Of a stretch of DNA of 64,000 bases, positions 57,816 to 64,000 are shown piece after piece. Source of the stretch: an uncultured Candidatus Sumerlaeota bacterium (lineage in GTDB: Bacteria > Sumerlaeota > Sumerlaeia > MWCT01 > JAGHBZ01). A model generated the notes under the pieces. The model worked only from the letters and a program-made list of their open reading frames with translations, did not search any database and was not told the origin of the DNA. How positions within the stretch are numbered: the first letter of the stretch is position 1; each line of letters starts with the position of its first letter. Both the position numbers and the translations under genes were made by a program. The stretch lies in the NCBI GenBank assembly GCA_964608095.1, contig CAZSMK010000003.1, positions 1,076 to 65,075 of the forward strand, written 5' to 3'.

Positions 57816-58952
57816 ATGATCTACTGGTTGTCAAAAATAGTGAGCGATGCGCTCCCTGAACTGAGTTTTTTAAGGATGCTGCGCTACATCTCTGTGCGTG
57901 CTGCGCTTGCTCTTCTTTTGGCATTCCTGATTTCCATCATAATAGGACCGTACATCATTAGCAAACTCAGACAGCTCAAGCTCGGCGACTTGATACGACA
58001 AATCAAGAAACCCGACTGCCCGGACCTGTATGAGATGCACAAGACAAAAGAGGGGACGCCGACAATGGGAGGAGTCATTATTCTTTTCGCCTTACTCGTT
58101 TCCATTATCCTGTGTACACGGATTTTCTCCCCCCTGGTCATTGGCGTTATGATAGTAACCCTGAGCCTTGGTTTGCTTGGCTTTGCGGATGACTACATAA
58201 AGATAGTAAAGAAAAAAAGGAAGGGAATAAAACCGCGTGTGAAGCTTTTTATCCAGATCGTAGTCGGTCTCGGGCTTGGTTTGTTTATGTACGTAACCGA
58301 TTTCGGTACGTTCTATTCCCAGAAAGGGATAGGGGGAAACACGCATCTGTGTTTCCCCTTCTTTAAGGATTTTTATCCTTTTCTCGGGATCTTTTTTATT
58401 CCCTACGTGGCGATAGTGCTTACGGCGACGGCAAACGCAGTAAATTTAACGGATGGACTGGACGGACTGGCAATCGGAATTACGATTGTGGTGAGTTTAT
58501 GTTTCGGTATTGCAGCGTACCTGATAGGACGAACAGACTTTGCGCCCTATTTGATTCTGCCCCATGTTCCGGAAGCAGGCGAAGTAACGATCATACTGGC
58601 AGCGACAGTGGGTGCAGGACTTGGATTCTTGTGGTTCAATGCACATCCGGCGGATGTTTTTATGGGCGATACAGGGTCTCAAGCGCTTGGCGGCGTGGTC
58701 GGCTCGAGTGCCTTGCTTATTAAACAGGAATTCTTGTTGTTCATAATAGGAGGAATTTTCGTCCTCGAGGTGCTCTCGGTCATCATTCAAATTTTCTCGA
58801 TGAAGACGCGCGGGACGCGCGTCTTTCTCATGACGCCATTACACCATCACTTTGAGCGGAAGGGATGGCATGAGTCGAAAATTATTTGCCGCTTCTGGAT
58901 TATTACGGGACTGCTTGCCCTGATCGGACTCAGTACATTGAAGATGAGATAA
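57816..58952 (+). CDS. mraY: Phospho-MurNAc-pentapeptide transferase
   Basis: GTPTMGG, DD, NAVNLTDGLDGL, FMGDTGS, PLHHHFE. Confidence 0.97.
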   Translation: MIYWLSKIVSDALPELSFLRMLRYISVRAALALLLAFLISIIIGPYIISKLRQLKLGDLIRQIKKPDCPDLYEMHKTKEGTPTMGGVIILFALLVSIILCTRIFSPLVIGVMIVTLSLGLLGFADDYIKIVKKKRKGIKPRVKLFIQIVVGLGLGLFMYVTDFGTFYSQKGIGGNTHLCFPFFKDFYPFLGIFFIPYVAIVLTATANAVNLTDGLDGLAIGITIVVSLCFGIAAYLIGRTDFAPYLILPHVPEAGEVTIILAATVGAGLGFLWFNAHPADVFMGDTGSQALGGVVGSSALLIKQEFLLFIIGGIFVLEVLSVIIQIFSMKTRGTRVFLMTPLHHHFERKGWHESKIICRFWIITGLLALIGLSTLKMR

Positions 58953-58960
58953 AAGGGAAG

Positions 58961-60382
58961 ATGAAATTATTGGAAAAAATAAAAGAATCGAAAGTGCTGA
59001 TTTTGGGAGCCGGCTTGAGCGGGATGGGCGCAGCGCGTCTCCTCTCGTCTCAATCTATACCCTGTATTGTGGTAGATGAAGCGATTCCCGAGCGTTTAAC
59101 TTCTCAGAGCGTTGAACTCGAACAACTTGGCGTTCCACTTTTTCATGGTACGGTACCTGAAGATATAATAAATGATATAACCCTAATGGTTCTGAGCCCG
59201 GGGATCCCGAGGTCACACCCATTATGTGCCTACGCTCGAACACACAATATTACCATAATCAGCGAACTGGAGCTGGGATATCAATTTGCTTCAGTACCCC
59301 TCATAGCAGTCAGCGGAACAAACGGCAAGACTACGACGACGTTTCTTATAGGCAAAATACTTCGCGATGCTGGTTATTTTGCAATAGAAGCGGGCAATAT
59401 GGGCAGGGCGCTCTCCGACATCTGTATGAATCCCGGGGCGCAGAATGAAAAAAGTCTTCTGGTGGTCGAGGTCAGCAGCTTTCAGCTGGAATCCATAGTC
59501 GAGTTCGAGCCACGTGCCGCTGTGCTTTTGAACATTACCGCCGACCATCTCGATCGTTACAAGAACGTTACTGACTATGTCGCTGCGAAAAAGAATTTGT
59601 TGAGAAACCTCAAGGAGAACGATGTCCTCATCACGAATGCGGATGATGAGAGATGTGTTGAATTAGCGCGTGAAACATGTGTGGGGGTGATGTCTTTTTC
59701 GAGAAGCGCCGACACGGAATCCATGGTCTGGTATGAGGAGGGAAGAATTCTTGTCCGAGAAAACAAGGAATCATGGGAACTTTGCAAGACGGATGAGTTG
59801 AGATTGAGGGGTATGCACAACGTTGAAAATGTAATGGCAGCGTCGGCTGCCGCATTGGCGCTCGGAGTCGATAGGGATATTCTTCGGAACTCGGTGAAGG
59901 GCTTTTCTCCCCTCGAACACAGGCTCGAGTTCGTTGCATCCTTTGAGGGAGTCGAGTGTTACAACGACTCGAAATCAACGAACCTCGACTCGCTGGCGAA
60001 GGCGTTACATGCATTCGAGAAACCCATTATCCTTATATGCGGCGGAAAGAACAAGAATGAAGATTTCGGCGCGTTGACTTCTCTTGTAGCGCAAAAGGTG
60101 AAGATGGCAATAACAATCGGGGAAATGAGCGCCCACATACTGGATCGATGGTCTGACCGCCTCCTATGCTCGCCGGCAGAATCGATGGAACAGGCGGTCG
60201 GAATTGCTATGAAGTCGGCAGCGAAAGGTGACGTGATAGTGCTTTCGCCGGGGTGTCCGAGCTATGATTGGTACGAGAATTTCGAAGAACGGGGACAAGA
60301 TTTCAAGGATCATGTCATGAGTTATCTTACGCGCAGTATGTGGCAAGAACCGGTGCGCGGAGCGAATAAATCCGGGCAATAG
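58961..60382 (+). CDS. murD: UDP-MurNAc-L-Ala--D-Glu ligase
   Basis: G.G.SG, SPG, GTNGKTTT, EVSSFQLE, DHLDRY, NDSKSTN, LSPG. Start moved to ATG 58961. Confidence 0.95.
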   Translation: MKLLEKIKESKVLILGAGLSGMGAARLLSSQSIPCIVVDEAIPERLTSQSVELEQLGVPLFHGTVPEDIINDITLMVLSPGIPRSHPLCAYARTHNITIISELELGYQFASVPLIAVSGTNGKTTTTFLIGKILRDAGYFAIEAGNMGRALSDICMNPGAQNEKSLLVVEVSSFQLESIVEFEPRAAVLLNITADHLDRYKNVTDYVAAKKNLLRNLKENDVLITNADDERCVELARETCVGVMSFSRSADTESMVWYEEGRILVRENKESWELCKTDELRLRGMHNVENVMAASAAALALGVDRDILRNSVKGFSPLEHRLEFVASFEGVECYNDSKSTNLDSLAKALHAFEKPIILICGGKNKNEDFGALTSLVAQKVKMAITIGEMSAHILDRWSDRLLCSPAESMEQAVGIAMKSAAKGDVIVLSPGCPSYDWYENFEERGQDFKDHVMSYLTRSMWQEPVRGANKSGQ

Positions 60383-60413
60383 ATTTTTAAAAGATAGAGA
60401 GAACGCAGTGTAG

Positions 60414-61610
60414 GTGAACAAGGTGCTTTCGAGATTAAATAACACATTGGCATTATTTGTGATCGCCCTTTGCCTTATGGGTGTCGGGCTTGTCATGGTC
60501 TATAGCACTGCAGCGGCAATGACCGTAAAGGGTTCAATGGCACCCGATTTTAAATCCTTTCCACCTGAATTGCCTTCTCTAAGAAATTCGTTTCATAGCA
60601 CCTATTACCTTGTGCGACAGGCTATGTGGATCGGCGCCGCTATCGCCCTCATTTTACTCTTTTATACATTCAAACAGGAAAGTCTTTTTGCCATAAGCAT
60701 TGTCTTGTTGGGTATTTCTATCGTGATGCTCACACTGGTACTTGTTCCCGGTTTTGGTGTCAGGACTCGTGGAGCGACTCGCTGGTTACGCCTTCCTTTA
60801 GGACTCAGGTTACAGCCTTCCGAGATAGCGAAGGTTGCGGTAGTGTTGTTTACGGCTGTTCAATTGAGCCGTATCAAGCAGGAGAATCTCAACCGGTTGA
60901 CACGAGGTGTCCCTGTTCTGCTTGCTCCGTTGGGGGTGGTTGGCGCTTTGATGTTAAAGGAACCCGATTTCGGAGGCACCCTTGTTATAGGCTTTATTGT
61001 TTTCGCTCTTCTTTATGCAGGTGGGATTAAAATACGACATCTCATTCTGGTAGGTATCGTTGCGGGTTTGCTTGTATCGCCTCTGGTTCTAAGCTCGAGG
61101 TATCGCCGCGAACGTATTCTCGCTTTTGTTTACCCTGAACGATACGAACAACATGCCAATTGGCAGTTGAATCAGTCCTTGATAGCGCTCGGGTCGGGTG
61201 GTGTTTTTGGTCGTGGTCTTGGTGAGAGCGCCCAGAAATACCATTTCCTCAGCGAAGCGCATACCGATTTTATTTTTTCGATCATTGGTGAGGAAATGGG
61301 CTTTACGGGAAGTATGGCGGTGATAATTCTATTCGTGGCTTTTCTGGTCGTTGGTCTTCGGATTGCGTTTACGAGTCCCACTCCCCGAGGGAGCCTGATC
61401 GCATTGGGTATGACGCTTATGATCCTGATTCCTACGCTCATAAACATGATGGTGGCGACGAAGAGCGGTCCCGCAAAAGGACTTGCATTGCCCTTCATTA
61501 GTTACGGTGGTTCTTCGCTTATCGCCAATGCGATTGCAGTGGGCGTTCTCATGAATATTTCAAGGAATTGTGAGTTGATAGGGGCACGTCAAAAGCGGAG
61601 GCGTGCATGA
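60414..61610 (+). CDS. ftsW: SEDS peptidoglycan polymerase FtsW
   Basis: GATRW, QPSE.AK, EPDFG, EAHTDFIF..IGEE.G, LPFISYGGSS. Confidence 0.95.
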   Translation: MNKVLSRLNNTLALFVIALCLMGVGLVMVYSTAAAMTVKGSMAPDFKSFPPELPSLRNSFHSTYYLVRQAMWIGAAIALILLFYTFKQESLFAISIVLLGISIVMLTLVLVPGFGVRTRGATRWLRLPLGLRLQPSEIAKVAVVLFTAVQLSRIKQENLNRLTRGVPVLLAPLGVVGALMLKEPDFGGTLVIGFIVFALLYAGGIKIRHLILVGIVAGLLVSPLVLSSRYRRERILAFVYPERYEQHANWQLNQSLIALGSGGVFGRGLGESAQKYHFLSEAHTDFIFSIIGEEMGFTGSMAVIILFVAFLVVGLRIAFTSPTPRGSLIALGMTLMILIPTLINMMVATKSGPAKGLALPFISYGGSSLIANAIAVGVLMNISRNCELIGARQKRRRA

Positions 61611-61643
61611 TTTTGAATCAAAGAAGGTTTGCGTTAGAACGGA

Positions 61644-62783
61644 ATGGATGATGGTCACAAAGGAAAGAAAGGCATAGTAATCGTGGCAGGAGGAACAGGA
61701 GGACATATAATGCCGGCGATCGCTATCGGTGAAGCGCTGTTGAGACAGAGCCCTTCCGTGCCGTTGTTGTATCTCTGCGGTTCCAAACCGATTGAACGCG
61801 GTATGTATGAACGTTTTGGCATCCAACCGGTTTCCTTGTCCGTAATGCCCTTATACCGAAGTGTGCGCTCGCGGATTGCGGGCGGAGTGCGCCTTATGCA
61901 CTCTTTCGGTCAATCAGTCGGCTTGTTACGAAGAAGAGGTGGAGTTGTTCTGGGAATGGGCAGTTATGTCTCAGCGCCGGTCCTTGCTGCGGCGCGCCTG
62001 CTCCGTATTCCTTACTATGTGCATGAGCAGAATTCGGTGCCGGGCAAAACAAATCGTTTTTTTGCACGCGCTGCACAGACATTCTTTTGCTCCTACAGAA
62101 TGACCGACGAAGCCTTGAATGGTATCAGGACATGCACGGTCGGGGCGCCGGTTCGTTCCTCACTGACAGGGGCAAATCCGCAACAGGGAAGAGCCTTTTT
62201 TGAAATAGCGGAACAAGAAGCGGTGCTTTTAGTGATAGGCGGAAGTCAGGGAGCACAGTTCTTGAATCATTTCACGTTAGCCACGCTCGAGGAAATAAAC
62301 AAGAGCCTCTCGGCTCAAAAGCGACGCGTACACGTAATCTGGAGTACGGGTGGAACAAATGAAGAAGAATGCAGAAAGGAATTAGAAGGAACAGAGTTAG
62401 GGCAGATAAGAGTCAGCCTATTTCCCTTTATAGAGAGGATGGATATGGCGTATGCCGCAGCGGATGTTGCGTTATGCAGGGCGGGAGCATCAACACTGGC
62501 TGAACTTTCAGCAATGCGAGTGCCGGCGGTACTTATACCGTTGCCTTATGCACGGGACAATCATCAATACTACAACGCACGCGCCTATGTGGATGCGGGC
62601 GCCGCTCTTATGTATGAACAATCCTCTGCTGATCCTCATAAAGTGGCAGATACACTGGTGAATTTACTTTTCTCGCCGGAGCGCAGGGCGGAGATGGCTA
62701 AGGGAGCGGCGAGGATGGATAAGCCGGATGCTGCGGAACGAATTGCGAATGCACTCTATCAAGAGATTAAAAATCAGGGGTAG
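61644..62783 (+). CDS. murG: Lipid II GlcNAc transferase
   Basis: GGTGGHI.P, HEQN..PG..N, GGSQGA, RAGAST..E, HQ..NA. Confidence 0.95.
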   Translation: MDDGHKGKKGIVIVAGGTGGHIMPAIAIGEALLRQSPSVPLLYLCGSKPIERGMYERFGIQPVSLSVMPLYRSVRSRIAGGVRLMHSFGQSVGLLRRRGGVVLGMGSYVSAPVLAAARLLRIPYYVHEQNSVPGKTNRFFARAAQTFFCSYRMTDEALNGIRTCTVGAPVRSSLTGANPQQGRAFFEIAEQEAVLLVIGGSQGAQFLNHFTLATLEEINKSLSAQKRRVHVIWSTGGTNEEECRKELEGTELGQIRVSLFPFIERMDMAYAAADVALCRAGASTLAELSAMRVPAVLIPLPYARDNHQYYNARAYVDAGAALMYEQSSADPHKVADTLVNLLFSPERRAEMAKGAARMDKPDAAERIANALYQEIKNQG

Positions 62784-62796
62784 AAAGGAATGACGT

Positions 62797-64000
62797 ATGC
62801 TTTGTTGTGACAGGATTCATTTTATCGGTATCGGAGGCGTAGGAATGAGTGGCCTTGCTTGGGTACTTGCACGGCAGGGAAAGCGAGTCACGGGATCGGA
62901 TATCGCCGAGAATTCTCTAACCCGTCGTTTACTTGACGCCGGCATCAAAGTGTTTATCGGACATGATGCCGCGAATCTTGGTGATGCGGAACTGGTGATC
63001 ATCTCGTCGGCAATCAAGGAGAATAATCCCGAGCTTCGGATAGCGCAGGAAAAGGGAATCCCTATCCGGCATCGGTCGCAACTCCTTGCGGAGATCGTCA
63101 ATGTCAAACGTGGTATCGCCATCAGCGGAACTCATGGCAAAACCACCACTACCTCAATGGTGTCCATGGTTCTCAAGGAGGCGGGTCTCGAGCCGACTAT
63201 TTTTATCGGAGCGGAGCTTGAAGATGTAGGTGGAAATGCAGAGTCGGGAGTGGGTGATTTTGTAATTGCCGAGGCGGATGAAAGTGACGGGTCGCTGCTT
63301 AATCTTGAACCCGAGATTGCGATCATCACGAATATCGAAGCCGAGCATCTCGATTTTTACCGTGACTTTGAACACGAAATCCAGGTCTTTTCACAATTCG
63401 CCGCAAGGGTCAAGGAGGAGGGCGTCATAGTCATTTCGCTCGATGACTATGGGACGTGCCGTATTATCGATTGTGTCGACCGCTGTTTTATCACCTATTC
63501 CGTGCGTGATCCCGAAGCTGACATTCTCGCTGCAGACATCAGGCTGAATCCATGGAGCTCGGAGTATATGTGCGTTTATAAGGGCGAATTATATGGGAAG
63601 GTGCAGTTGTCCGTTCCGGGGCTACATAACGTTTCTAATTCCCTTGCCGCCCTGGGGGTCGGACTGGAACTCGGTCTCGAGTTCGACTCTATTTCAGAGT
63701 CGCTCTATAGGTTTCATGGCGCCTCGAGGCGCTTTCAAATAAAAGGTTCTGCAAGGGGCATAACTATAATCGACGATTATGCACATCATCCGACAGAGGT
63801 ATCAGCGACATTGAAGGCAGCCAGGAGAGTGGCTGCTGCGCAGGGTGGCAGGGTGATTAGTGTGTTTCAGCCGCATCGATTTAGTCGAACACTACATCTC
63901 GGGCAAGAGTTCGGCGCTGCATTTGACCACGCAGACGTCGTGCTCGTCACGGATGTCTATCCCGCCGGTGAACATCCTATTGAAGGAATCACCGGTGAGA
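62797..64000 (+). CDS. murC: UDP-MurNAc--L-Ala ligase (partial, runs off the window)
   Basis: Absent from the ORF track; hand translation gives MLCCDRIHFIGIGGVGMSG, GTHGKTTT, EADESD, DDYAHHPTE, FQPHR. Confidence 0.95.
   Translation, partial: MLCCDRIHFIGIGGVGMSGLAWVLARQGKRVTGSDIAENSLTRRLLDAGIKVFIGHDAANLGDAELVIISSAIKENNPELRIAQEKGIPIRHRSQLLAEIVNVKRGIAISGTHGKTTTTSMVSMVLKEAGLEPTIFIGAELEDVGGNAESGVGDFVIAEADESDGSLLNLEPEIAIITNIEAEHLDFYRDFEHEIQVFSQFAARVKEEGVIVISLDDYGTCRIIDCVDRCFITYSVRDPEADILAADIRLNPWSSEYMCVYKGELYGKVQLSVPGLHNVSNSLAALGVGLELGLEFDSISESLYRFHGASRRFQIKGSARGITIIDDYAHHPTEVSATLKAARRVAAAQGGRVISVFQPHRFSRTLHLGQEFGAAFDHADVVLVTDVYPAGEHPIEGITGE

Overview
A 64 kb bacterial chromosomal window, probably from an anaerobe (taxon not determinable from sequence alone). 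From left to right: (1) a GT-C-like membrane protein and a secreted metallophosphoesterase; (2) a minus-strand heterodisulfide reductase/[NiFe]-hydrogenase cluster in the transcription order hdrC-hdrB-hdrA(N-half)-nuoEF-like fusion-[nuoG-N::hdrA(C-half)]-mvhD-mvhG-htrA-PDZ-mvhA, in which HdrA is split inside its inserted ferredoxin domain by a degenerate NuoEFG-like module; (3) uvrA and a TRL-like lipoprotein; (4) a type I restriction-modification island (DUF559, hsdM, DUF4062-HATPase-HTH, an hsdM 3' remnant, hsdS, four-helix-bundle gene, hsdR) bordered by palindromic elements; (5) housekeeping genes (B12 radical SAM, gdhA, purN/M/F/L, two CNNM proteins, nfeD/SPFH, nth, PuuD-like, sodC, a degenerate amidinotransferase, ferredoxin); (6) the dcw cluster mraZ to murC (truncated by the window end), preceded by two NrdR-box-like motifs 32 bp apart. 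Three copies of a ~120-bp element with invariant 25-bp inverted arms sit at gene 3' ends. No rRNA, tRNA or CRISPR array was seen. All calls are by eye from motifs; no database search was run.
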